Shown here one piece after another: positions 16,236 to 25,259 of a stretch of DNA of 26,695 nt. This DNA comes from a virus (lineage: Duplodnaviria > Caudoviricetes). Position 1 is the stretch's first letter. Every line of letters starts with the position of its first letter. A program made the position numbers and the translations under genes. The stretch is taken from IMG/VR virus record IMGVR_UViG_3300001346_000054, positions 1 to 26,695 of that record, one strand, 5' to 3'. A model generated the notes under the pieces. It was not told the origin of the DNA. It ran no database searches and saw only the letters and a list, made by a program, of their open reading frames with translations.

Positions 16236-16901
16236 TTACAGTGAAGTGGTAGATTTGACGCCTTGTGTTTTGGTGAAGTATGGTTTGTAAACAAACAGCC
16301 ATTCGCACAACTGACTACACATAATAGCGTCATTGGGCCACCATCCTATGCTGTTTTGTTTTTGTATAATGTCACGAGCCGCCCATGGTGTAATCACATA
16401 AGCAGAATGTCCTGGCAGTCCTTGTGGAATATTCTTTGGTGCTACCCAAGGCACAGAATTAAATCCATCAGATAATGCAGAATGATATTCTTTGGATTTG
16501 AAAGTGGCTCCTCTAGGATCATTTATGCTGTAGGCTCCCACACCATCAAAATGTTTGGGTTTGGTAAATTTTCTTGTAAAGACAGCATCGTGTTCCAATA
16601 TCATTATGGATTCGTTCATGTCTACGCATTTTTGCCACAAGTTAAAATGACTTTGAGCCGCGGCAATTCGTTTGTTGTTGTCGTATGTTTTATAAGGTTT
16701 TAAAAATAGATTAGTTTTTGTACAAGTAATTTTTTTACCAGTTGGCCATGTCCAAGCAACCGGTTTAATAGTTTCAGGTGTTGTGGCATCGAACAATGTG
16801 GCTTCAATATCACTTTCTGTATCTTGTAAACTTTGTAAGCAACGTTCAGCATATGACAAACTCCATGCATCATTCATCAGAGTTATAATAAATGCTTTCA
16901 T
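16236..16901 (-). CDS. Glycosyltransferase family 25-like
   Basis: AFIITL, FDAT, AAAQSHFNLWQKC...IMILEHDA, SAYVITPWAA, PND. Confidence 0.75.
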   Translation of the reverse strand: MKAFIITLMNDAWSLSYAERCLQSLQDTESDIEATLFDATTPETIKPVAWTWPTGKKITCTKTNLFLKPYKTYDNNKRIAAAQSHFNLWQKCVDMNESIMILEHDAVFTRKFTKPKHFDGVGAYSINDPRGATFKSKEYHSALSDGFNSVPWVAPKNIPQGLPGHSAYVITPWAARDIIQKQNSIGWWPNDAIMCSQLCEWLFVYKPYFTKTQGVKSTTSL

Positions 16902-17500
16902 TTTTTAATTTTCAATATATAACTATCTGGAATTTTTGAACTACTAAAATCATGTTCCGATACTTTAAATTTATTGACTGAATCGATTAATTTATTGAAT
17001 TTTTCCATAGTAAAATCTTTTGAATGTTTTTTAACCCACCAATGTGACATATTGTTTCCTTTGTTTAACATCCATACATCTTCAATGTAATATGATCCTG
17101 TGGGTTTTAAACAATCGATTAAATTTTCAAAAGTCAACCGTTGCCCTTCAGGAGTATGTAGTCCGTCGTCGATTATAAAATCAAATTGGATACCTAAATT
17201 ATTAAAATTTTCTTTACAGTTTAATGAAGTGCTATCAAGTTTGTACCATTGTACACGATCATTTTTTAATGCAGGAATCTTTTCTGGTGGAACCCTTTCA
17301 AATGTATCTGCTGTATAGACTTGTGCTTTAGGAAAATAATCAAGCCAAGAATGGGTACTTTCTCCTTTGAACGTGCCAATTTCCAATATGTTAATTTCAT
17401 CATTTTGAAATTTATCAAAATCTTGTTGATACAATTCGTAATATCTGTGCTTTGTAGCCTTATCACATTTGTTTTTTATAAAAATTTCTTTTAAATTCAT
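16898..17500 (-). CDS. Class I SAM-dependent methyltransferase (sugar O-methyltransferase-like)
   Basis: DKATKHRY, ILEIGTFKGES, FDFIIDDGLH, LKPTGSYYIEDV. Confidence 0.82.
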   Translation of the reverse strand: MNLKEIFIKNKCDKATKHRYYELYQQDFDKFQNDEINILEIGTFKGESTHSWLDYFPKAQVYTADTFERVPPEKIPALKNDRVQWYKLDSTSLNCKENFNNLGIQFDFIIDDGLHTPEGQRLTFENLIDCLKPTGSYYIEDVWMLNKGNNMSHWWVKKHSKDFTMEKFNKLIDSVNKFKVSEHDFSSSKIPDSYILKIKK

Positions 17501-17501
17501 T

Positions 17502-18062
17502 TTATTTCTTTCCTAATACTGTGTAGCCTGCATTCACTGTATGTCTATAAACAAGTTTCCAGTCTTGATGAGAAGATAGAAAATTTTGTACAGATTTCCA
17601 TAATCTTGGAAATAATGTTGTATCATGTAGTACAATAGTTTGTGTTGTCCAAGGTGCATACTTGTCTAATTCTTTTAACACGTGTTTTGGATTATGATAT
17701 CCGTCTATTAAAAGTACCTCAGTTTTTTTATCTATGTTATATTTCAACGAATCAGTTTGAATCATTTTAAATTCTATTTTATTTTGTTGTGCGTGTGTTT
17801 CAAAAATATGTTTGTGAGGATTAATATGAACAAAGTCAAGATCAATAGTTTCAATGTATGGGATCATATTCATCATTGCTGTAGATGTAGAAGCACCTTG
17901 AAATGTTCCTATTTCTCTATAAGATTGCGATTTTTTTGTTAATCTTGAAATTTCGTCTAGGTAATCTGTGTATTGTTCTCCATGTGCTTTCTGCAATTGT
18001 TGTTTTAACGAAGTTTGATATTCATTAATGTTTTTTGTTTCTTTAAGATTTGCTACTATCAT
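17502..18062 (-). CDS. Class I SAM-dependent methyltransferase (Methyltransf_24-like)
   Basis: EIGTFQGAST, DSL, LLIDGYH, IVLHDT, GYTVL. Start moved to ATG 18062 (ATGA overlap). Confidence 0.8.
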   Translation of the reverse strand: MIVANLKETKNINEYQTSLKQQLQKAHGEQYTDYLDEISRLTKKSQSYREIGTFQGASTSTAMMNMIPYIETIDLDFVHINPHKHIFETHAQQNKIEFKMIQTDSLKYNIDKKTEVLLIDGYHNPKHVLKELDKYAPWTTQTIVLHDTTLFPRLWKSVQNFLSSHQDWKLVYRHTVNAGYTVLGKK

Positions 18063-18874
18063 TGTATACCTTCCACATTCCATTCTGATCTTGCTGAATT
18101 AGTAATATTATATAATTGTTCATTGTTAAAATAATCTGCACCACTCAATTGAATATGTACAAATTTAGTTAGTTCATTTCTACTATCATTCACTGGATCT
18201 TGTGATGCTAAAGGACCACGAACACCGTGGACATAATTGTTCCAGCCATTATCCATTTCAGTATATTCGCTATGCGTTACCATCATAGCATGAAAATAAT
18301 TCTGATCCACACTGTAGAATCTACCTAAGCCACAGGCTCTAATATAATCCATATATTCTTGAAAAGGTACAAATTTTTCTCTAGCAAGTTGCATACCTTT
18401 CTTTGTAAACATTACCATACCAGCATTATATACTTTTACATATCCATCAGCATCTCGAGGCATGGCTGTACCGTATTTTGATTCAACTGCTCGAGCCCAT
18501 CGTTCGTCACTCTTTTTGTTTATGTTTTTACCTATAGTTGTAGATTCACGATACTTACCTTGAAAAGGTTCAGTACAGATGCCAAAGTCTTTAATTGGCT
18601 CGTCGAAAATATTTTTAGTTAAATTATCAACTGGAAACACATCCAAATCGATTACACAGACATTATCGTATTCAAGGAACGAATCATCTAGCATAGGATT
18701 TAACCATTCAAAATACATGCCGTCTTTACGCACATACTTACTGGCAATATTAGGACTTATATCTAATCTGTAATCTGCCCCAATTCTTTCTGCATATTCT
18801 CTAAATAGTTTTTCACTGTACCTACAACCAGGTCTCATGTCGCCTGCCCATACTTGATAAATTAAATTTTTCAT
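18059..18874 (-). CDS. GT-A glycosyltransferase (GT8/GT34-like)
   Basis: YDNVCVIDLDVF (DxD), YNAGMVMF, DQNYF, WN, FVH. Confidence 0.7.
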   Translation of the reverse strand: MKNLIYQVWAGDMRPGCRYSEKLFREYAERIGADYRLDISPNIASKYVRKDGMYFEWLNPMLDDSFLEYDNVCVIDLDVFPVDNLTKNIFDEPIKDFGICTEPFQGKYRESTTIGKNINKKSDERWARAVESKYGTAMPRDADGYVKVYNAGMVMFTKKGMQLAREKFVPFQEYMDYIRACGLGRFYSVDQNYFHAMMVTHSEYTEMDNGWNNYVHGVRGPLASQDPVNDSRNELTKFVHIQLSGADYFNNEQLYNITNSARSEWNVEGIQ

Positions 18875-20025
18875 TTTATTTCCTCTGCTAATTTTACATC
18901 TATAACATCTTTTGGTTCATTCCGTATTTTCTTCATGTTTTTTATAACATCTAAAGACACATATTTAAAACCATTGTAATATAGATGATACATTGGATTA
19001 TTAAAAATATCGTCTAGAGTTAATTTATAAAGTGTTCCAACATATTGATTATGCGAGTCAACGGGTGGATTATTAAAATAAATTAAATCTATATCTTTGC
19101 AATCCCTTAAACCGTATAGCGATAATACAGTTGAACCAGTAATAATTGTGTTGTCATCTGATTTTGTATCAGACATTAGTTTTTTGTAATTAGGAAACAA
19201 AGTATCTTTTCTATTATTAAGGAAATGTATGCTATTATCATTGAACACTGTTTTTGCTATACGAATCGTGTCTACATGATAGTCATTAATGTGAACAGAA
19301 TGGTTGCCAACTTTGAATAATGCTCTAATCTCTTTTTTCATTTCTTTAACAGTTTCAAGATTTTTTGCATCTATCAACACAAAGGTTACTTTGCTCATTC
19401 CTCGAAAACACTGCTTACATTTTTTTCTTATTCCTTTTTCGTTAGCCCAACCATCAGAAAGATATATTTCTTTTATTAAACCAAGTTGTCCTGTGGCATT
19501 TAATACTTCAGATGATTTATAAAATATATTAGAATGTTTCTCAATAATATTCATTACTTCATCCATGCGTGTATGAGCAATAGGAAATAAACATATGACA
19601 TGAGTGTTAGATTTAAGTTTTGCATACTCTAATGCAGTTCTTTGTAAGATATGTCTTTGCAGTCCTTTTTTATGAAAGACTTTATAATCGGCTTCAATAG
19701 GATAATTTTCCTTCGAATTTGTATTTCTAGTATTAATAGGTCTTTGATGATATAACGCGGCGGCTAATCTATGAGCACCATTGGCAATATGACCTTCAGG
19801 ATTCACTGGAACTGGCTCATCAACTGTGTTATTAATAATCGATTTAAATGCATTGTCAAATTCTTCAAACCCATTCTTTTTTGGATTTCCTTCATGAAAG
19901 CCATTCCAAATTTTAAGATGTTCTTTGTAAGCATTTTTATAAAATTCACTTGATAAATTGGATGCATACATATATTTGACAACAACATCAAATCGTTTGT
20001 ACGTTAATAAATCATTTGGGTTCAT
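18871..20025 (-). CDS. Multidomain protein: ParB/Srx-like + NDK-like + nucleotidyltransferase-like
   Basis: PVPV...IANGAHRLAAA; central region ending IR...NHSVHIND; C-terminal ITGSTVL...RDCKDIDL...KKIRNEPKDVID. Confidence 0.6.
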   Translation of the reverse strand: MNPNDLLTYKRFDVVVKYMYASNLSSEFYKNAYKEHLKIWNGFHEGNPKKNGFEEFDNAFKSIINNTVDEPVPVNPEGHIANGAHRLAAALYHQRPINTRNTNSKENYPIEADYKVFHKKGLQRHILQRTALEYAKLKSNTHVICLFPIAHTRMDEVMNIIEKHSNIFYKSSEVLNATGQLGLIKEIYLSDGWANEKGIRKKCKQCFRGMSKVTFVLIDAKNLETVKEMKKEIRALFKVGNHSVHINDYHVDTIRIAKTVFNDNSIHFLNNRKDTLFPNYKKLMSDTKSDDNTIITGSTVLSLYGLRDCKDIDLIYFNNPPVDSHNQYVGTLYKLTLDDIFNNPMYHLYYNGFKYVSLDVIKNMKKIRNEPKDVIDVKLAEEIK

Positions 20026-20747
20026 TTTTTTGATCCTATAAAAAAAGCACCGTTGGTTTTCAGTGGTGCTTGAATTATGTTTATTGTAAAATTTTTGCTC
20101 ATGCGTTCTTTTAAACTACTGAAATATTCAAAGTTATTAATACCGTCAAATTCACTATTGTAAAGTATCATTACATGGTCATATAGATAATACTTTTCTT
20201 CAAGTATATCTCTATCAGAAAGAGGCATTTCATTAATGCTATGGAACCCAAAAAGAATACTTTTACTAATTGGATTTAAATCATTTATTCCAATAAAATT
20301 TGGGAGATCAAGACTATGTTGCTTTATATAGTATTCTTGTATTTCATGCATGATTGGAAAATCCGCTATATCAAAATTTCCTTTATATCCCAATAACTTT
20401 GCCATTCTATAAAAATTACCATACCCACCACCGATATCGGATATGTGATCAAAGTCTGTAATCTTTAAACCAAGATGTTCCAGCATCACCATTAAGTAAT
20501 GACAATGTTGAGCAGTTCCTTGACTGACTCCTTGAAATAGTTTTGGGCCACCGACTGTTGAATCCAGGACTTTAGGCAAGACTTCATTGGAAAAATATTC
20601 GTTTTTCTTGACGTAATCCAAATGGATTAATGTATTCTTTCTTTGATTTGGACTGATTGTTTTAGAAATAGTTTTATGCTGTAAGAATTTTTTCTTATTT
20701 TGAAATTCAGATCGAATGTCTACCAACATAGTTTCCCATAATGTCAT
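20022..20747 (-). CDS. Putative sugar O-methyltransferase (SAM-dependent)
   Basis: ISDIGGGYGNFYR, IADFP...IQEYYI, HSINEMP. Confidence 0.72.
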   Translation of the reverse strand: MTLWETMLVDIRSEFQNKKKFLQHKTISKTISPNQRKNTLIHLDYVKKNEYFSNEVLPKVLDSTVGGPKLFQGVSQGTAQHCHYLMVMLEHLGLKITDFDHISDIGGGYGNFYRMAKLLGYKGNFDIADFPIMHEIQEYYIKQHSLDLPNFIGINDLNPISKSILFGFHSINEMPLSDRDILEEKYYLYDHVMILYNSEFDGINNFEYFSSLKERMSKNFTINIIQAPLKTNGAFFIGSKK

Positions 20748-21598
20748 ACTTCATGCTCCAAAGCATCTATACACATGTCAGCAACTGATTTAGTTTGCTT
20801 GAAGTGAATTGATTTATCTGGCACAGTTGATATAGGTATGTCACCTAGTCGTCTTGCTTTTTCGATGATATGTAGGTTTTTCTTTGATACATTACACATC
20901 GTATCGATAACTTCCCTTACACTTACGCCCTCTGGTGATCCAAGACAATCAATGACTCCAGTTGGTTTATTTTCTACTATCTTTTGTAAAGAATCAACAA
21001 TATCTGTAACATGAGTATAATTCCTAATACAAGTTCCATCTCTAGTATCATAATCAGTGCCAAAGATTTCCAATGTATCAAACTTACCGTTAGCCACTGC
21101 CGCGGCTTTTCTTATCAGATGTGAATATTTGTCATCAAATTTATTGAATCCGTTGTTACCGCACACATTATAGAATCTAACAAGACTGTGATTCTCTTTA
21201 AATTGTTTTGTGAGTAATTCGCCACCATATTTTGTAGTAGCATATGGTGATGCGGCAGGATCAAATGCCGAACCAGTAGAACAATAAACAAAGTGATCAC
21301 ATTCAGCAAAGTCAATCACATTTTTTGTACCAACTACATTCGTTTCATAATATAACCAAGGATCTTTCATTGATAAAGGAACTGAACCCATTGCTCCAAT
21401 ATGCACTACTTTGTCAAACGACATTTTCATTGGAGAAGGTTTACGAAAGTCCCAATCTATAATTTTGGATGAATATTTTTCTATGTTATTTTGATTTAAA
21501 TTAAAATCAGTGGCAATTACTTCATGTCCATGGTCCGCCGCAACTTTAACATAGTGGGCACCAATATATCCGGTAGCCCCGGTTACTAATATTTTCAT
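20744..21598 (-). CDS. galE: NAD-dependent epimerase, UDP-glucose 4-epimerase-like
   Basis: ILVTGATGYIG, YYETNVVGT, SPYATTK (YxxxK), RFYNVCG, IFGTDYDTRDGTCIRNYTHVTD, RRLGD. Confidence 0.8.
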   Translation of the reverse strand: MKILVTGATGYIGAHYVKVAADHGHEVIATDFNLNQNNIEKYSSKIIDWDFRKPSPMKMSFDKVVHIGAMGSVPLSMKDPWLYYETNVVGTKNVIDFAECDHFVYCSTGSAFDPAASPYATTKYGGELLTKQFKENHSLVRFYNVCGNNGFNKFDDKYSHLIRKAAAVANGKFDTLEIFGTDYDTRDGTCIRNYTHVTDIVDSLQKIVENKPTGVIDCLGSPEGVSVREVIDTMCNVSKKNLHIIEKARRLGDIPISTVPDKSIHFKQTKSVADMCIDALEHEV

Positions 21599-22254
21599 TC
21601 AACAACTCCTTCTTTTTTTAATTGATTTAAAACTTCTATTTTAGGAACTTTTGGTCCTTCTAATTTAAACTTGTGTCTAATATGTATCATTTTTGCTTTT
21701 TCATAACCAGGAAAACAATTTCCCCAGCACCATTCTTCGGATACATCTGCTTGTTTCAATTTGGCTTGACTTGCTAATCTGTGTATTATTCCTTCGTCAT
21801 TAAAATTTCCATTAAAGATTTTCATTTCACTATCGACAATAAATTTTCTTAACTGTTTTCTTTGCTGATTTGTAAATTTCCAAAATGCTCCTCCCCAAAA
21901 AGGACCATCTTTATCCATTAATCTTTTATATTTTTTATGTTTTAGCATAGAAGCAAATAGAGTCTGTTGAATTGCAGAATTTAATCCAACTCCGGGTATA
22001 TCGAATATATTTTCTTTAACGTGCTTTACTACAAACATGTCGAGATCTACCATTAGTACATCATCATATATGTCAAATCTTTCATCCAGCATTATTAATT
22101 TTTGACAGCAGGGATCTAATTTTGGTCTAAATTGATTACCTAAAATTAATTCATATGACGCTTTGCAATATTTTGCATAATGCTCCATATTTTTTTTAGA
22201 TGCTAATTCTAAAGGTCCTAACTCTCCAGTCCAATGTTGTAATATTATATTCAT
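21595..22254 (-). CDS. GT-A glycosyltransferase-like (paralogue of 18059 and 22251)
   Basis: IILQHWTG, QKL, YDDVLMVDLDMF, NIFD, NDEG, IHIRH. Start moved to ATG 22254 (ATGA overlap). Confidence 0.65.
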   Translation of the reverse strand: MNIILQHWTGELGPLELASKKNMEHYAKYCKASYELILGNQFRPKLDPCCQKLIMLDERFDIYDDVLMVDLDMFVVKHVKENIFDIPGVGLNSAIQQTLFASMLKHKKYKRLMDKDGPFWGGAFWKFTNQQRKQLRKFIVDSEMKIFNGNFNDEGIIHRLASQAKLKQADVSEEWCWGNCFPGYEKAKMIHIRHKFKLEGPKVPKIEVLNQLKKEGVVE

Positions 22255-23030
22255 ATCTTTTTTAAAATTTCTTGTATGTTTTCGCCACGTTCTGGTAAGT
22301 GATCTCTTAAAAAGAAGTGTGTGAAAAAACTTTCTTGTTGTTTTTCTTTGGTCACTGCTGTGTACAATGAGTTCCAACGCCAATCCATGTTTTTACATTT
22401 AATTTTTTCTTTTTTCACAAACCAGTTTAATAACATTTGGTCTGTGCTCCATTTATAAAAACCGACACCATCGACAAAGTCTTTAAATTCTGGTCTAGTA
22501 ATGAATTCTTTAGGTGTTTGACCTTTAAGGTATTTGGCAAATGATTTGTTCATTACCATCAGACCCATGTTGTAAAATTCTGCACCTAGATGATTCCAAT
22601 ACCAGTCAACATCTTTTAAATTTGTGAAAGCACTGCGTGAATATTTGGTAATTTTGTTTTTGTATTTGGGCGTCAATGGTAGTTCTCTTTCAACCACACC
22701 ACCGAAGTCATACTCTTGTGTTAAGTCTAAAAATATGTCAGGTGCAGTTGCTTTTATGTATATGTCACTGTCCACTATGGCAATCTGATCATATCTATCG
22801 AAATACTCAAAAGCATTTTCTTTCTCGTAGATAGGCATATAACCTAATTTTTCCACTGCTTGTAAACTTCTACCTGTTCTAGAAGGATCTGGTCTTATCT
22901 TTAGTTTCGGTTCCGTTAATACTATGTGATCTATTGAATATTTTTTACAATACTCTGCTACACTGTTGATACAAGTTGTGTATAATTTGCTAGGTTTACC
23001 TACACTTACTTGAAATATCAATCTTTTCAT
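22251..23030 (-). CDS. GT8-like glycosyltransferase
   Basis: YDQIAIVDSDIYI (DxD), FYNMGLMVMN, TDQMLLNW, WRWN, FTHF. Confidence 0.75.
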   Translation of the reverse strand: MKRLIFQVSVGKPSKLYTTCINSVAEYCKKYSIDHIVLTEPKLKIRPDPSRTGRSLQAVEKLGYMPIYEKENAFEYFDRYDQIAIVDSDIYIKATAPDIFLDLTQEYDFGGVVERELPLTPKYKNKITKYSRSAFTNLKDVDWYWNHLGAEFYNMGLMVMNKSFAKYLKGQTPKEFITRPEFKDFVDGVGFYKWSTDQMLLNWFVKKEKIKCKNMDWRWNSLYTAVTKEKQQESFFTHFFLRDHLPERGENIQEILKKI

Positions 23031-23608
23031 TTTAAATCCTTTGTGAAACTAAATTTTTTTGAGTCGAACGTAACTTTGTTATTTAAATCGAAGTCAACTT
23101 CTAAAATACCATTGTTGATACACCAATCTGCAGGCATGGCTCCTTGATTTTTTACAAAATTTAGAATTTTTTTGGCACCTTCCGGCTTTAAACAATATGC
23201 TCTAGCACCTTCCCACCATTGTCCTACTGGCATTGGTTTAGCAGGTTGAAATCCTTCGAACTTTAGAACATGATTAAAATTTTGGTCTATCGAAAACGTT
23301 TTTTTGAAAACAACATCATGTTCAAATATACAAATTTCTTGATTTTCTTCAACACATTTGTTCCATAATTTGTATTGACTGAGAAAACACCCCTGTGTTC
23401 CTGGTCTTGATAAAAGTCTTATACATTTTTTATTATGTGGATAAATTTTTAAATTATAATCTTCTAGTTTTTCTTTTGTACCATCAACTCCATCATATAA
23501 ATCAATATTCCAACCTAATTCTTGTCCAGTTGTTAGTGCATGATTACCCCATTCAACAGAATTTTGATGATTTTTTAAATGTATAATATATCCTTTAGGA
23601 TTTTGCAT
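23027..23608 (-). CDS. Glycosyltransferase family 25-like
   Basis: YIIHL, YDGVDG, GCFLSQYKLWNKC...IFEHDV, GARAYCLKPEGAKK, PAD. Start moved to ATG 23608. Confidence 0.78.
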   Translation of the reverse strand: MQNPKGYIIHLKNHQNSVEWGNHALTTGQELGWNIDLYDGVDGTKEKLEDYNLKIYPHNKKCIRLLSRPGTQGCFLSQYKLWNKCVEENQEICIFEHDVVFKKTFSIDQNFNHVLKFEGFQPAKPMPVGQWWEGARAYCLKPEGAKKILNFVKNQGAMPADWCINNGILEVDFDLNNKVTFDSKKFSFTKDLK

Positions 23609-24494
23609 TTTTCTTATTTCTTTTTTTAAGTTTTTGTTGCATTTTTTCAAGTTCTACTTTATCTGCCATATTTTTGTGAAACTTTAATTTGTCTTTATCA
23701 CCAAACCATGCATATTTCAATGCTTTGTATCTAAAGCCATATTTTTTTGTACCTTTTGCTGTACTGAATATTTCTCCACCGGATTTAAGACCCCAACTGT
23801 TCCATTTGTAAGGTATAGACACAAATTCTCTTGCATCTAATAAATCTTTTAGAACGTGTTGATCTACAAACCAGTAAATTGGCTTTTTAAATGCTTGAAT
23901 CATGTTTTGTGATAATTCTTTTTTAAATTTATCACCGGGTTCACCTATTCCAGGTGTTACACAACTGGCAATGTACACACTGGGATCTTTGGGTTTACGC
24001 ATTGCCGCGGGCCATGTTGAAATTAATTTAAATTCTTTTAGAGGTATGCGTTCCCGTGCCAATCCATCTGAATCCAGTTGTAAGACATGTTGAAACTTTT
24101 CAAAAAATTTATTAAAATAAAAAAATCTAGCACTGGATAGGTAAATTTTTCTTTTCAATTCATTGTCTGATTTTGTGTTACAAATTTCTGGACCTCGATT
24201 GAACATTGGATGATCTTTTGCCAATATAAATTGATCATAAAATTCTTTATCGTGTACTTCATATGTGTATGTGATATTTTCATCTTGTATTAGATTTTTT
24301 AAGTTGTGAGATTGATCATGTTCATAAATCATATGTACATGCACGTGTACAAGATTCTTTTTGTTTACAGATAGTGTGCTTTTTGCTAGGTATTGTCCGT
24401 GTTCTGCCCAGTATGTTGGGTCACAACTAAAATAAATCACATGCGACTTATTGATAGGCAAATCTCCACCTATGTGCAGTTTATCGAATTCCAT
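23595..24494 (-). CDS. Putative GT-A glycosyltransferase-like protein
   Basis: FSCDPTY, HVHVH, YLSSARF, LQLDSDGL (DxD), WFVDQHVL, TAKG. Confidence 0.6.
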   Translation of the reverse strand: MEFDKLHIGGDLPINKSHVIYFSCDPTYWAEHGQYLAKSTLSVNKKNLVHVHVHMIYEHDQSHNLKNLIQDENITYTYEVHDKEFYDQFILAKDHPMFNRGPEICNTKSDNELKRKIYLSSARFFYFNKFFEKFQHVLQLDSDGLARERIPLKEFKLISTWPAAMRKPKDPSVYIASCVTPGIGEPGDKFKKELSQNMIQAFKKPIYWFVDQHVLKDLLDAREFVSIPYKWNSWGLKSGGEIFSTAKGTKKYGFRYKALKYAWFGDKDKLKFHKNMADKVELEKMQQKLKKRNKKNAKS

Positions 24495-25224
24495 TTTTTG
24501 CCTCTTCCATCATTTTTTTGTCTTTGTCTGTTGGTCTGGTGAATGAATTTGTGCCTTTCATTCGTTGTGCATTCCAATAACGAGGATTTATTCTGCAATA
24601 ACTGGTATCTGTGTAAGTCAATAAACAACTGATGCTGTTAATCGAAACATCTGCCGCTAATACACCAGCGGCCCATACCCAATCAACTAATCTTTGTGCA
24701 CCTTGTGGTTTAACAATGTAACCATGAGCACCTTTTATGTGAGTTTTGTTGTAAAGTTCTAATCCAGATACATTTGGTCGTCTTTTCATAAACACAGTTA
24801 CATCTTCTCCATTATTTTCCTGTACTTTGTTGTCGTAGTCTGTGGTCAGTCTGCTTAGGCGATCAAGATTGCACACTTCTGTAAATCTTGCAACAAGACT
24901 GTGTGGGATAGGTCTGATTATCAGTGCATCGTGTTCTAGAATCAATATAGGTTTGTTTATTTCGATACTTTTTTTCCATAATAATAGATGTGATATCAAA
25001 CAACCTATTGCTCCTGGATTTAATTTTTTTATTCTTTGATTAAATTTAAAATCCTTCAAATTATTTTTTTTCCATTCATGATCTATCTGTTTGCCATGAA
25101 TTGCAGGAAATATTTCTGGATTTATTCCAAATTTTTTCGCAGAATTTAAACATTCTTCTGTGAGTGATTCACTTACAGGAACGCCTTTCATTGATATTAT
25201 GTATGATGGGATATTCAAGTTCAT
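24481..25224 (-). CDS. Glycosyltransferase family 25-like
   Basis: SYIISM, FPAIHG, GAIGCLISHLLLWKKS...LILEHDA, GAHGYIVKPQGAQRL, AAD. Confidence 0.8.
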   Translation of the reverse strand: MNLNIPSYIISMKGVPVSESLTEECLNSAKKFGINPEIFPAIHGKQIDHEWKKNNLKDFKFNQRIKKLNPGAIGCLISHLLLWKKSIEINKPILILEHDALIIRPIPHSLVARFTEVCNLDRLSRLTTDYDNKVQENNGEDVTVFMKRRPNVSGLELYNKTHIKGAHGYIVKPQGAQRLVDWVWAAGVLAADVSINSISCLLTYTDTSYCRINPRYWNAQRMKGTNSFTRPTDKDKKMMEEAKNGIR

Positions 25225-25230
25225 TTTGAA

Positions 25231-25239
25231 TATTTATTG
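25231..25239 (-). promoter_or_regulatory. T4 late-promoter-like box CAATAAATA at the head of the glycan island
   Basis: Minus strand cCAATAAATAttcaaaATG in the 35-nt gap after uvsY. Confidence 0.6.
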
Positions 25240-25259
25240 GAATGTTTTTTGGTGATATG

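Larger units (their letters stand above)
12128..25224 (-). other. Glycan biosynthesis/modification island (17 genes) between uvsY and the uvsW operon
   Basis: Unbroken run of glycosyltransferase-like, methyltransferase and epimerase genes, with a late-type box at its head and a sigma70 promoter at its tail. Confidence 0.8.

Noticed and set aside
9368-23650. Long N-terminal extensions in the ORF track (starts 9376, 10854, 12991, 13877, 14938, 16333, 18083, 22383, 23650)
   Set aside because: They overlap upstream genes and lack family motifs; downstream ATGs give ATGA or short overlaps and typical N-termini.
12128-25224. Island as a bacterial LPS/capsule locus (host chromosome or chimeric assembly)
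   Set aside because: It is flanked by T4-like uvsY and the uvsW operon, uses the same phage-type promoter box and junction style, and has no export or polymerase genes.
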